From: a virus
IMG/VR virus record: IMGVR_UViG_3300021376_000030
Location: 1 to 64,000 of that record
DNA: 64,000 nt
Reading direction: 5' to 3' (one strand)
Within the stretch, counting starts at the first letter, position 1, and each line of letters opens with the position of its first letter. Made by a program: the position numbers and the translations under genes. Below the pieces are notes generated by a model. It was not told the origin of the DNA, did not search any database, and saw nothing but the letters and a program-made list of their open reading frames with translations. Positions 47,144-57,293 of this stretch are shown here, in pieces.

Positions 47144-47815
47144 ATGGCCAAGATTAACGAATACATTTATAATTTTTTGTCAGACTTTAAAAACAATTAT
47201 AGCCTATTAAAGAATGATGTATATAACATACAGAATAACTACGGCTTGGCAGATATGCACTATAACAGTTATTCGCCTGAAAGTGATTTACTCTATCCTT
47301 GTAATAGAATAAGCGATTTTGTTGCTGATGAAGAAAATTGCCCCGAAAACACCTTTAAAGGTATTCCACTTTACGAACAGGAAACACAAGCAACCAAATT
47401 TTTTGATGTTATTAATCAAAATCCTCTTCTTAATTTATTATACCCAGAGCGGGATAATATGAGATATGATTTCCCTGAACCCCCTGACAGTATGAAAGAA
47501 TTTTGTAAGCAATACAAGGCAATGACCACGTTTATGTATAGTTCTATGAAAACACATAAGAGCATACGACCCGAATATAAACATATTATTCTTTTAATAT
47601 ATGATAAGGGCGACGGGCCTATCACTATCCGATCAAACGGAATTGATGCAACATTAAATGAAAATTTTAATAGTTTTTACTTTTTGCATGATACTCCATG
47701 CGAAATTATTAATCCATTCTATGAAAAAAACTTTATATTTTTAGGTGTATTTGAATTTGAAAATTATGCTGAATTTTCATCTCGTAATACCGTAAACTCT
47801 ATACCAGGTTTTTGA
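47144..47815 (+). CDS. hypothetical protein (possible beta-barrel C-domain)
   Basis: ORF; start MAKINE. Confidence 0.5.
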   Translation: MAKINEYIYNFLSDFKNNYSLLKNDVYNIQNNYGLADMHYNSYSPESDLLYPCNRISDFVADEENCPENTFKGIPLYEQETQATKFFDVINQNPLLNLLYPERDNMRYDFPEPPDSMKEFCKQYKAMTTFMYSSMKTHKSIRPEYKHIILLIYDKGDGPITIRSNGIDATLNENFNSFYFLHDTPCEIINPFYEKNFIFLGVFEFENYAEFSSRNTVNSIPGF

Positions 47816-48090
47816 AATCGAGGATCCCGTTCCATTACTAACTTTTTTTTATGCTCTATAGAAAAATCTGTAAGTTTTTGAAGTTGATGCTGCTGCACCT
47901 TTCTGAAAGGATGGTATCCTATAATTATATCCTTATCAGTTTCCACTATTCGTAAAAACCCTTGCTTTGAGAGCATTGTAAAATATGCTTCTGGTGTGTA
48001 TTTAGCTTTAAGCTTATTCTCTAACATAGCAAAATGATCTAACACCTCTACCAAATCGCCATTAGATCGCATCCAATAATTTTTAATCAT
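47764..48090 (-). CDS. hypothetical protein
   Basis: YW....G..V..DH motif. Confidence 0.5.
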   Translation of the reverse strand: MIKNYWMRSNGDLVEVLDHFAMLENKLKAKYTPEAYFTMLSKQGFLRIVETDKDIIIGYHPFRKVQQHQLQKLTDFSIEHKKKLVMERDPRFQKPGIEFTVLRDENSA

Positions 48091-48898
48091 TTATTTTATT
48101 TAATATCTGCTTGTATTTTGTAAGTATCTTTAGCAAAAGCACTCTTTCCTTAATAGAAGACACTATACCGCTATCAAAATTATCTTCAATATTATTGCTT
48201 GTTGTTAGCCAGGGCTTATTCTCACCAGCGTAATGAAAAATTAAACCATTCTTGAGCTTAGAATCAGTAATAAAAGGTGTGGATATAAAGTATTCTGCTG
48301 GTAGAAGCGTAACTAAATTATTAAAATATAAATTCAAAGGACCTTGATTGCCAAGCCAATTTGCCGATTTATATATTTTAAATAATCCTAATCTTACTTC
48401 TTCACACAGGAATTGTTTATTTATTACCATTACCCCGGCATTAAAACATTTGTCAAAATTAAAATTTTTATTCTTTAAAAACTTACTTCCAGAGCAAAGT
48501 AATTTACTATGCAGGCCGTCAGGGTTTGGATGATAAACTGCACCAAAAGCAACAGGATTGGAGAACAGGTGTTCAATATTACCACAAACAATCATATCAG
48601 CATCAAAGAATACTATACTATCATATTGCAAAGTAAAAATTTCAAATCTTTTAGCAGGGTTAATTCTCCATTTTCTTCGTTTGAATGTACGATCAAAACT
48701 ATAATTGTTGCATACTGTTTTGAAAATTACATTTGGATAAATTTTCTTTATCTCACTCTTGTTATACTGTGTTATATTTTCTTCTTCAATAATCACACAC
48801 GGGGGAGTTAATTTATTGTATTGTAAGTAGCTATATAAAAATACTCTGAGAGCATCTACATAGTCATTAGTAATTGTAAATACCATGGCGCTATTCAC
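48083..48898 (-). CDS. glycosyltransferase family 8
   Basis: RFEIF, FFDAD, FNAGVMV, Q..LN.YF, H.AG..KPW. Confidence 0.85.
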   Translation of the reverse strand: MNSAMVFTITNDYVDALRVFLYSYLQYNKLTPPCVIIEEENITQYNKSEIKKIYPNVIFKTVCNNYSFDRTFKRRKWRINPAKRFEIFTLQYDSIVFFDADMIVCGNIEHLFSNPVAFGAVYHPNPDGLHSKLLCSGSKFLKNKNFNFDKCFNAGVMVINKQFLCEEVRLGLFKIYKSANWLGNQGPLNLYFNNLVTLLPAEYFISTPFITDSKLKNGLIFHYAGENKPWLTTSNNIEDNFDSGIVSSIKERVLLLKILTKYKQILNKIND

Positions 48899-49988
48899 TA
48901 AAGTAATCCTCCAGCTCGCTTTCCCTGTTAATGTCCAAAGTTAGACAATGATGACCCCCTCCAAATAGTCTACTGTATCTTATTTTATTAGGTATTGCTT
49001 CTATATTGTATTTTCTAAGCTTAGAGCTCAAGATATCATAATATTCAGGCATACAAATAATTGTTTCTGGTGATAGTGAAAGTATATTGCAATATATTTT
49101 TTCAGAAGCTAGCGGTATGTAGCCTGTTGATGTAGTAGGGGATAATTCAGTTGGCACGTGAATAAACTCCCATTGTTGCAAAGGCTTAGGTAATTTATTA
49201 ACAATATCTAATGTTATTAGCGCAAGCCCAGGGCGAAGAGGTAAAAAAACGGAATCAATATGATGATCAGCAATATCAACTACCCACACTCTGTAGTCTT
49301 TACCTAAGATTTGTTGTAACCATTTAGCACCAAGTCTCTCATGTTCTGTTGATGCATTCATTAATATGGTATTACCTAACCGCAAACAGTTTGCTGCATC
49401 AAACATGATTTCAACCCCACAATCTAACTCTTGACTATATTTTGATTTTAACGACTCATAATATTTCTTAGCATCTAAAGATTTATAGACTCTGGACATA
49501 TCATAAGAATTGTCTGTTACTAGAGGTCTAGGTGCACATATCCATGATGCACCATGCTTGAAATATTCTAAAAACAAATGCTTTAAATAATCGTTTTCAA
49601 ATTGTCGCCATCTTGCAGCCACTGGGGTTTCTATTATTTTGTCTCCTATTACCATGGTCAAATCACGTACATTAAGAGCTGGGTAGTTGGTACTAGACCA
49701 GCACAATGTTTTTGTAGCCTTTAAACATGCAGGTACTTTTGGTCTTAATACCTTAACACCATTATTTTCAAGTAAAGATACAAATGAATTTAAATCTTCA
49801 GTATGCTCTTCAATTATTTTAGAATTTAAAACCCATCTGTCGGCATAATATGAATTACGAGTATCGTATATATTATCATGAAAAAACAATTTGAACGTTA
49901 TATCATTGTGTGGTAATTCTGCGGGAAATCCATTTCCTACAATTACCTCCTTCAGCTTACCCCACTCATTATGACTGTTTACTTGCAT
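48891..49988 (-). CDS. amidinotransferase (glycine/inosamine-phosphate type)
   Basis: VNSHNEWG.LKEVIVG, RD, FDAAN.LR.G, HIDS...LRPG, GGGHHC.TLD..R. Confidence 0.9.
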   Translation of the reverse strand: MQVNSHNEWGKLKEVIVGNGFPAELPHNDITFKLFFHDNIYDTRNSYYADRWVLNSKIIEEHTEDLNSFVSLLENNGVKVLRPKVPACLKATKTLCWSSTNYPALNVRDLTMVIGDKIIETPVAARWRQFENDYLKHLFLEYFKHGASWICAPRPLVTDNSYDMSRVYKSLDAKKYYESLKSKYSQELDCGVEIMFDAANCLRLGNTILMNASTEHERLGAKWLQQILGKDYRVWVVDIADHHIDSVFLPLRPGLALITLDIVNKLPKPLQQWEFIHVPTELSPTTSTGYIPLASEKIYCNILSLSPETIICMPEYYDILSSKLRKYNIEAIPNKIRYSRLFGGGHHCLTLDINRESELEDYFSE

Positions 49989-50884
49989 ATTTGTTTAAAC
50001 ATTTCATGGTACTGCTGTACAATAATTTTGTGGCAATTTTCATTTGCGCGCTTTTTGCACCTACCAATCATTCTCAAAAAAGTTTTCTTATCTTTTTTTA
50101 AGAACATCATTTTTGCAAAAAGCTCTTTTGGTGTTTCGGCAAAAATTGTATCATATTTCGATTTAACTACTCCTGATATGGTGGTTTCTCTATTAAGAAT
50201 ACTCGGTATACCCATATACCAAGCTTGATATAGCCTATTTGCGTGACGGTGCGTTTTGCCAGTAATAGGAGACCATATGGATGAAGGATGAAGAAATTCA
50301 CCGTTGTCTTTCTTATATAATGGTAATTTTTTGTCTCTCAAAAATACAAACACATCCGTAGGTATATCGCAATAATTTTTGTTGTTTATTATCTTAAAAT
50401 TTATTCCATAGTAGGCACAATTCTGGATAAATCTCTTACCAGATAACTCTTTGTCAAAACTGTGCGCTGCGCCTACACCAGTAAAATTTACGGGGGGAAA
50501 CTTAGGGTTAAATTTAATAATATTAACAGGAAGAGGAAAATGTATGAAAAACGTGCGCTTATTAATCATCTGCTTGTTATGAGTGACTATAAAATCAACA
50601 CCCTGAACTTCCGGAAAATCACCTATAACCTGTACAGTTTTATATTTACCAATTTTAATTTTATCTTTAGTATCATAATGAAATATTACAACATCATTTT
50701 TTTGTATATTTTTTGGAACGTCTGTAACTAAAAATAAATTATATTGTTTATTTTTTAAATTATTTTTTAGAATCCAATAATTATAAACTATATGGTGAAA
50801 GTTACCGTTACAAAGATTTGAATATTCATCTTTGCATTCTAAATAGTTATTACCCAATTTGTGAGCCAAAAAGTATATATTCAT
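49979..50884 (-). CDS. putative glycosyltransferase
   Basis: GT-B-like C-terminus (RLYQAW..G.P.I). Confidence 0.45.
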   Translation of the reverse strand: MNIYFLAHKLGNNYLECKDEYSNLCNGNFHHIVYNYWILKNNLKNKQYNLFLVTDVPKNIQKNDVVIFHYDTKDKIKIGKYKTVQVIGDFPEVQGVDFIVTHNKQMINKRTFFIHFPLPVNIIKFNPKFPPVNFTGVGAAHSFDKELSGKRFIQNCAYYGINFKIINNKNYCDIPTDVFVFLRDKKLPLYKKDNGEFLHPSSIWSPITGKTHRHANRLYQAWYMGIPSILNRETTISGVVKSKYDTIFAETPKELFAKMMFLKKDKKTFLRMIGRCKKRANENCHKIIVQQYHEMFKQICK

Positions 50885-51737
50885 GAGTGTAGCTATATTA
50901 TTGCCTGTATTTAATTGTGAGGATACTATAAATCAAACAGTTCAAAGCTTGCTTCTTCAATCATATTCCGATTTCATACTATATGTGATTAATAACAATT
51001 GTAGTGATAAAACAATTGATATAGTTAAGGGTATCCCTGATTTTAGAATAAAAGTTTTTAACTATAATGCTATACAAAAATGTAGCGCGGCTTTAAATTA
51101 CGGGCTCGACATAATTAAAGAAAATATTATTTGTCGTGCTGATGGAGATGACATATACCATCCAAATTATATACAATATTATGTTGATGAGCTTAGCAAA
51201 AATAAGCATAAGATAGTTTATGGGAGCTATAAGTTTAATTATCATGATGGGCGAGTAGAAAATACTACCCGGTTAACTGATCTAGATTTATTAGTATGGC
51301 GATTAATGTTTTTTAATACTGTGGATCATAATGTTGGGTATGATAGAAAATATATTAATCTATTAGGTCAATATAACACGCTATTACACTCAGAAGACTA
51401 CGATCTATGGTTAAGAAGTGTAATATACAATCCAGACAGTATAAGCGGTATACAATCCACCGATATATTGTGTGAATGCTACAAATCAAAAACTTGCATG
51501 ACGGAAAAGTATAAGCATAGCAACGACATTAACGTGCGATTATCTTGTGATTTTATTAGAAAATATCTTAATATTCCTGTAGACAGCAAAATTATTTCTA
51601 AAATAAAAAAGAACGAAACGCTTGATCAGCAAGAAAAATTAATGATTAACTGCATACTAGATGCTTTTTGTAAGAAGCGAGGGATAACAACAAACAAACT
51701 TAACAAATTTATTAAGGAGTTTCAATTTTATGTGTAG
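50883..51737 (+). CDS. glycosyltransferase family 2
   Basis: LLPVFN.E, S.L.Q, S.D.T, ALNYG, RADGDD, EDYDLWLR. Confidence 0.9.
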   Translation: MSVAILLPVFNCEDTINQTVQSLLLQSYSDFILYVINNNCSDKTIDIVKGIPDFRIKVFNYNAIQKCSAALNYGLDIIKENIICRADGDDIYHPNYIQYYVDELSKNKHKIVYGSYKFNYHDGRVENTTRLTDLDLLVWRLMFFNTVDHNVGYDRKYINLLGQYNTLLHSEDYDLWLRSVIYNPDSISGIQSTDILCECYKSKTCMTEKYKHSNDINVRLSCDFIRKYLNIPVDSKIISKIKKNETLDQQEKLMINCILDAFCKKRGITTNKLNKFIKEFQFYV

Positions 51738-53007
51738 CATTCTATTCACTACAAAGCAGCTTTCTGCAGAAAGTATATCTAATGCTAATAAATTACTGCA
51801 ATATAGAGGGCCAGATAATTTTAATACTTATCAAACCGGGGTGGGTACATTTTTACACAATAGATTAGATATTGCTGGCAACTGCTTACAGCCTTTCTCT
51901 GAACATGACATAGATATAATTTTTAATGGCGAAATATATAATTATACCGAAGATAATGAAGCCCTCTATATTCTTAATCTTTATAGGAAATATGGAATAA
52001 AATTTGCACAATATTTGGATGGTGAATACGCTATACTGTTAGTTGACAATAAAAGGCAGAAAATACTCTCTGCAACAGACCCGTTTAAAACAAAACCATT
52101 ATGGGTTTCTATAGATAATGGGTTTCACGTTTCTACATATAAAAGCGCATTGTTGGAGTGTGGTATATCTAATGTTGAGCCTCATAAGCCAAATACAGTA
52201 ATGGTTTATGATATTAATAAAAACAAGATAAGAAATTATACAAATATTACGTTTGATTTAAGGCAACATAAGCAAACTTATGAAGACTGGATTGCCGCTT
52301 TTAAGCTATCTATATTAAATAGATCTAAAACAGATAAAAAAATATTTATAGGGTTAAGCAGCGGCTATGATAGCGGCTGTATTGCTTGTGAATTAAACAA
52401 TATTAAAAAGCCTTTTAACGCATATAGCATTGTAAACAATGAAAATTATAATATTATTCAGGAAAGATGTAATATATTAAACAATGTTGAAATGATTGAT
52501 TATAATGAAAAAAACAACCTTTATGTATTGTCACACTTTCAAAAGTATTGTGAGCTAGATACGAATACAGAATATGGGTATTTGGAAGATAGATCATCTA
52601 TACCCTTGATGCATATTGGAATTCGCGCAAAAAATAGTGGTTGTAAGATATTCTTTTCTGGTACTGGGTGTGACGAGATTATAGGCGATTACTATGTAAA
52701 AGGTAATTATGATCAAGACAAAGCGTCCTGCTTTCAAGGAAAATTTCCTAACGATCTTAATTCTATCTTTCCATGGAAAAACGTCTTTAACGGGACAATG
52801 CGAAAATATCTTACGAAAGATGAATATATTATCGGTTGTCTAGGAATTGAAGCCCGGTATCCGTTTTTGGACAAACACCTCGTTCAAGAATTTTTGTGGC
52901 TATTACCAGAATTAAAAAATGCTTTTTATAAAGCACCTCTTAGGGATTACCTAATACAAAATAATTTTCCGTATAAAGAAAATGAAAAGAAAGGCTTTCG
53001 TGTCTAA
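51730..53007 (+). CDS. asparagine-synthetase-like glutamine amidotransferase
   Basis: N-terminal MC, RGPD, HNRL, FNGEIYN, LSSGYDS, SG.G.DE, E.RYPFLD. Confidence 0.9.
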   Translation: MCSILFTTKQLSAESISNANKLLQYRGPDNFNTYQTGVGTFLHNRLDIAGNCLQPFSEHDIDIIFNGEIYNYTEDNEALYILNLYRKYGIKFAQYLDGEYAILLVDNKRQKILSATDPFKTKPLWVSIDNGFHVSTYKSALLECGISNVEPHKPNTVMVYDINKNKIRNYTNITFDLRQHKQTYEDWIAAFKLSILNRSKTDKKIFIGLSSGYDSGCIACELNNIKKPFNAYSIVNNENYNIIQERCNILNNVEMIDYNEKNNLYVLSHFQKYCELDTNTEYGYLEDRSSIPLMHIGIRAKNSGCKIFFSGTGCDEIIGDYYVKGNYDQDKASCFQGKFPNDLNSIFPWKNVFNGTMRKYLTKDEYIIGCLGIEARYPFLDKHLVQEFLWLLPELKNAFYKAPLRDYLIQNNFPYKENEKKGFRV

Positions 53008-53785
53008 AGCAATTGTTTATATTTTAAACAAAGAGTTTTTAACTGCATTTAAAGTATCTTTGTATTCGTTATACAAGTATAATAGTTTAAAAAACATTAA
53101 ATTAGTTATTTTTTATTACGAAGACTGTCTATTACCGGAACTAAGTACTATTTTTAGTAAATTAAAATTATCTGTAGATTTTAAACCAATAAATAGAGGC
53201 CTCTATAACAATTGTATATTTGATGGTGCATACAGAAAGTGGCAATTTAATCCTGGATATAGATTTGAACTGTTTGATTTAAAGTTTGATGAGATACTGT
53301 ATATAGATTGCGATACTTTAATTAATGGCGATATAACTTCATTCTTTAGTCAACAGGGTAATTTTTGTGCATGCCCGTTAAATCCGAGAATCGCTATTTA
53401 CTATGCAAGAGGCAACGGGTTTAACGCCGGTATTTTTTTAGTAAGAAAGAAATATATTTCTAAATCATTTAAAAGGAAATTAATTAAGTTTTGCGAAGAG
53501 TCAAATAATTTATCTGGTAATCAAGTTGTTCTAAATCATTTTTTTAAAAACAAGACAACTTTTTTGCCGCAAAAATATAATGTCACAACAGATGTATTGT
53601 CGTCTGAGCTATTGGCCGAAGGTCTTATATTTCATTTTGTTGGTGAACTCAAGCCCTGGAATAATAAACTGCAGGAAAGTTATAATGAATATGTGTTAAG
53701 TAATACAGGATTGTTTTTATTGTCAAAATTATTTTTAAGATACAAACAATTAGAAAAAGAGTCTAGTTTATTTTTTAATAACTAA
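52982..53785 (+). CDS. glycosyltransferase family 8
   Basis: RFELF, YIDCD, FNAG, NQ..LN.FF, HFVG..KPW; paralog of 48083. Confidence 0.85.
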   Translation: MKRKAFVSKAIVYILNKEFLTAFKVSLYSLYKYNSLKNIKLVIFYYEDCLLPELSTIFSKLKLSVDFKPINRGLYNNCIFDGAYRKWQFNPGYRFELFDLKFDEILYIDCDTLINGDITSFFSQQGNFCACPLNPRIAIYYARGNGFNAGIFLVRKKYISKSFKRKLIKFCEESNNLSGNQVVLNHFFKNKTTFLPQKYNVTTDVLSSELLAEGLIFHFVGELKPWNNKLQESYNEYVLSNTGLFLLSKLFLRYKQLEKESSLFFNN

Positions 53786-53799
53786 ATATAAATATCCTT

Positions 53800-54045
53800 A
53801 TGTCAGATATTGATCCAAAAATTTACGGGGCAAAAATTTACGAAGCAGAGATTAAACAATTTTTTAATTTGGAAAAACCTGTACCTAAAATATTCAAAAA
53901 CGGTAAAAAATTAAGAGAAGATTATGTTGCAAGAGAAGAATTTCTAAAAAAAATTAGCCTGTGCAATGGTTGTGAATTAGTTCAGTTTAGGGCTTATTTT
54001 ATTACTCAGTTGCTTGATAATATTAAAGACCCTGCAGTTAATTGA
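53800..54045 (+). CDS. small CxxC protein
   Basis: LREDY...CNGC; late promoter core upstream. Confidence 0.5.
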   Translation: MSDIDPKIYGAKIYEAEIKQFFNLEKPVPKIFKNGKKLREDYVAREEFLKKISLCNGCELVQFRAYFITQLLDNIKDPAVN

Positions 54046-54075
54046 GTTTAATTAAATAGTATATATAATAAAGCT

Positions 54076-54729
54076 ATGAATGTCCTGTGTTTAGTACCGC
54101 ACGGTGATGATGAAATTTTGTCTGCAGGCGGTTCATTGATCAAACATAAAAGGCAAGGCGATACACTAACAATATGCATTCTCAAAGGAGATAAGGACCC
54201 TCGTAATGCTCAACAACTAGAGAATAGTAAAGAGGTTGCGCGTTTTCTTAATGTAGACAAACTACAACATTTAGATATTTCAGAATCTCTTCTTAGCTCG
54301 GATATAAAGTATGTGGCAGGTGCAATAGAAAGTTTTTTATTAAATGAGCCGTTTTTTGATATTTTGTATACTGTTTCTCCTTACGATAATCATCAAGATC
54401 ATCGGGGAGTCTTTTCTGCAATTAATGTTGCTTTAAGAGCAACAGGGCCTTTTGTTATTCCTCGCATTTTATGTGGTGAAACACTATCTTCATCTGATCA
54501 AACTTTTGGAATTACAAAAAAGTTTACTCCCACCTATTACAATATTTTATCCGAAGATGATATTAATAAAAAAGTTGAAGCTCTTTTATTCTATCCTGGT
54601 GAGCTTAGACAGCCTCCCCATCCCCGGTCAATACAATTAATAAAAACACTAGCAGCGTTAAGAGGGTCTGAATGTAATAGCAATTATGCAGAAGCGTTTA
54701 TGGTGGCCCGGTGGCATATCAATGAGTAG
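54076..54729 (+). CDS. PIG-L/LmbE family deacetylase
   Basis: PHGDDE, D.HQDH, HPRS, A..RG.....YAEAF. Confidence 0.9.
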   Translation: MNVLCLVPHGDDEILSAGGSLIKHKRQGDTLTICILKGDKDPRNAQQLENSKEVARFLNVDKLQHLDISESLLSSDIKYVAGAIESFLLNEPFFDILYTVSPYDNHQDHRGVFSAINVALRATGPFVIPRILCGETLSSSDQTFGITKKFTPTYYNILSEDDINKKVEALLFYPGELRQPPHPRSIQLIKTLAALRGSECNSNYAEAFMVARWHINE

Positions 54730-55624
54730 CATACTTGTGACAGGGGGGAGTGGGTTTATAGGTAAAGAAATTATTAAGCATTTAGAATGGGTAAAATATA
54801 GACCTGTTAATTTTGATATTAGCGATAGAAACAATCTTTTATGCATAAATCAACTTGAGCGATATATTAAAAATACTGATATGGTAATTCATATTGCCGC
54901 TCAGGCTAATTTTATGGAAATGGAAAATTTATTAGGAGCACAAAGCGGTGTAATGATAAATGTTGTAGGGACTCATAATATAGCCTATCTTTGTGCAAAG
55001 TATAAAAAGCCTCTAATATATGGATCCACAGTATGCACTTACGGTAATATTGAAACAATAGGCAAAGAGAATTCAGCGCTAAATCCATCTGACCTGTATG
55101 CTTATTCAAAGCTAGCCGGTGAAAATATAATATTAGGGTATGCAAAAACGTTTGGGCTTGAATATATTATTTTACGTTTTGCAACTACATATGGGCCAGG
55201 TATAAGACCTGCATTAGGTGTTCATAAATTCATTACTGCCGCTAAAAAAAATCTTCCATTAAAGATACATGGAAACGGAAAACAAACACGCACCCAAACT
55301 CATGTATATGACATTGCTTCGGGTGTCGTTAAAGCTGTTCAACGATTTAATAAAGCTAAAAATAATATAATAAATCTATCTGCATCCGAACAAATTACAG
55401 CAAAAAAAATGGCTAAAGATATAATTAAAAAGCTAAATAGTAAGTCAAAAATTATTAATATAGATCAACGAAAAAACCAAACGTTTTATGAGAGGTTTTC
55501 TACAGATAAAGCAAAAAAGCTATTAAAATGGAGCCCGGTTTATAGCTGGGAAAAAGGTATAAAAAATACTATTGAATGGTTTATTAGCGCAAAAGATGGG
55601 CGTCATCAACTGCCATCCCGGTAA
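54722..55624 (+). CDS. NAD-dependent epimerase/dehydratase
   Basis: GGSGFIG, HIAA, YAYSK, G.G.QTR..HV.D. Confidence 0.9.
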   Translation: MSSILVTGGSGFIGKEIIKHLEWVKYRPVNFDISDRNNLLCINQLERYIKNTDMVIHIAAQANFMEMENLLGAQSGVMINVVGTHNIAYLCAKYKKPLIYGSTVCTYGNIETIGKENSALNPSDLYAYSKLAGENIILGYAKTFGLEYIILRFATTYGPGIRPALGVHKFITAAKKNLPLKIHGNGKQTRTQTHVYDIASGVVKAVQRFNKAKNNIINLSASEQITAKKMAKDIIKKLNSKSKIINIDQRKNQTFYERFSTDKAKKLLKWSPVYSWEKGIKNTIEWFISAKDGRHQLPSR

Positions 55625-56942
55625 TAGTTCGTACAAAAGTATCCATTGGCTCATCTCTAAACAGCTCTATACAATATTTTTCGTTTATAGTATAAAGCTT
55701 GTGCACCTTTTTTTCGTCTAAATTATACTCTTGGATAATTTTTTGAGCTAAATTATATCTTTCAGTAAAATTTACCCGCAGATAATCTACTAAGTATATT
55801 GCACTAGGATTATTTGTTTCATGATTTACTACACAATATTTTATATATTTTAATGCATCTAGAAATGCATTAAAGTTATAACCAGAATTACCATCAGAAT
55901 ATTCCTGAGCATCAATAGAGTAATAATGGTCAAGCGCTTGCTGCAGCGAAAGCTTGTCGGTGTATCTCAAGTTTAACATCAGAGGAAATTCTAAATGATG
56001 AAAATAAAGCTTTGCCCGATATTTATTTGCTAAATCTAAGATATTCTTTAAGTCAAAAAGGTTTTCAGTACATACCACTGGAGATAAAAAAAACTGTTTA
56101 TTATTTTTATCTAATGCTTCTTTAAATTTTTCTATATTTGAAATTACTCTATCATATTGTGCATTTTTTCTTATTCGTTCATATACCTCTTTTGTAGCTG
56201 CATCAAGTGAAACGCTTAAGTTTATATTAAGATTTTCCAGATAACGTTTAATTTTATCATTATATATAGTACCGTTTGTTTGTATATAGCAAAGTGTTTG
56301 AGATTTTTGCTCTAAAAGAAAATCAAATATCTTGTAATATGCCCCTATTAAAAACGGCTCACCTCCAAAAAAATTAATTCGTTTTGCGTTTAAAAGAAAA
56401 GGCTTTAATTCTTCAAAAAACTCTTCAGTTTCGTAAACTTCAAGTAAAGGTTCTCGTTTTTCTCTATTTTTTCTAATAGAAGAGGAATAAACACCATTAC
56501 ACATTATACATTCTAAATTGCACTTATTACTGAGCTCAAAGTCCAATCTATATGGGTATTTCAATTTTCTAAAACTATCATCATACCTCTCAGATAACGC
56601 TGAGTCTTCTGTATCATAATGTTTTATTTTTAATGTTTTGTAGTTGGCTGAATCAAGCATTAATTCGCACTGCTGACACCCTAGCTTGAAGCTAAAACTA
56701 TCCATTTCCTCTCTTAGCTTCTTTAACTCTTCTCCATTCCAAATTTCCATCAAACTTCTTTGCGGATAAAAGCCAACCGCATAGTCCCTGTTTGCACAAC
56801 ATACAGTTATTCGTCCTCCCTGATTAAAATTCATAGTAGTAAATGGTGCTTGGCAAAGCGTGCCAAATTTGTCTTTTCTATTTTGCAAGAACTGAGTTTT
56901 GGTTAGATGCTTTTGACTACTAAGTAGCTCTTGTATAATCAC
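55584..56942 (-). CDS. radical SAM protein with N-terminal SPASM/twitch domain
   Basis: C.APF..CC..C..C then CNLECIMC, GGEPF, TNGT, SLD. Confidence 0.9.
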   Translation of the reverse strand: MIIQELLSSQKHLTKTQFLQNRKDKFGTLCQAPFTTMNFNQGGRITVCCANRDYAVGFYPQRSLMEIWNGEELKKLREEMDSFSFKLGCQQCELMLDSANYKTLKIKHYDTEDSALSERYDDSFRKLKYPYRLDFELSNKCNLECIMCNGVYSSSIRKNREKREPLLEVYETEEFFEELKPFLLNAKRINFFGGEPFLIGAYYKIFDFLLEQKSQTLCYIQTNGTIYNDKIKRYLENLNINLSVSLDAATKEVYERIRKNAQYDRVISNIEKFKEALDKNNKQFFLSPVVCTENLFDLKNILDLANKYRAKLYFHHLEFPLMLNLRYTDKLSLQQALDHYYSIDAQEYSDGNSGYNFNAFLDALKYIKYCVVNHETNNPSAIYLVDYLRVNFTERYNLAQKIIQEYNLDEKKVHKLYTINEKYCIELFRDEPMDTFVRTITGMAVDDAHLLR

Positions 56943-56963
56943 GTCTTATTTACTATATATGAT

Positions 56964-57293
56964 ATGATAGTACAGTATATAATTGGTTTAGGTATTCTGA
57001 CAACATCTTTATTGATATGGTTTTATAGCCCGCTACGGACTTCTTTAGGTCAAATATTTTTTGATAGAAATATATTTTCTAATGATCAATTTGAGACCGC
57101 GCTACTTATTAAGTCTCCATTTTTAGGAAAATTATTGGGGTGTTATATCTGCCTTTCATTCTGGTTATCTTTATTAATCGGTATCGCTAGTCATTTTTAC
57201 TTTAATACGCCTTTAACCTTTATTCCTTTGGTGTGGTTTACCTACCCCGGCCTTGCTTATATATACAAAGCAATAATTGATAGATGCAACTAA
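56964..57293 (+). CDS. membrane protein with CxxC (DUF1360-like)
   Basis: LL.CYICLSFW, hydrophobic segments. Confidence 0.6.
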   Translation: MIVQYIIGLGILTTSLLIWFYSPLRTSLGQIFFDRNIFSNDQFETALLIKSPFLGKLLGCYICLSFWLSLLIGIASHFYFNTPLTFIPLVWFTYPGLAYIYKAIIDRCN

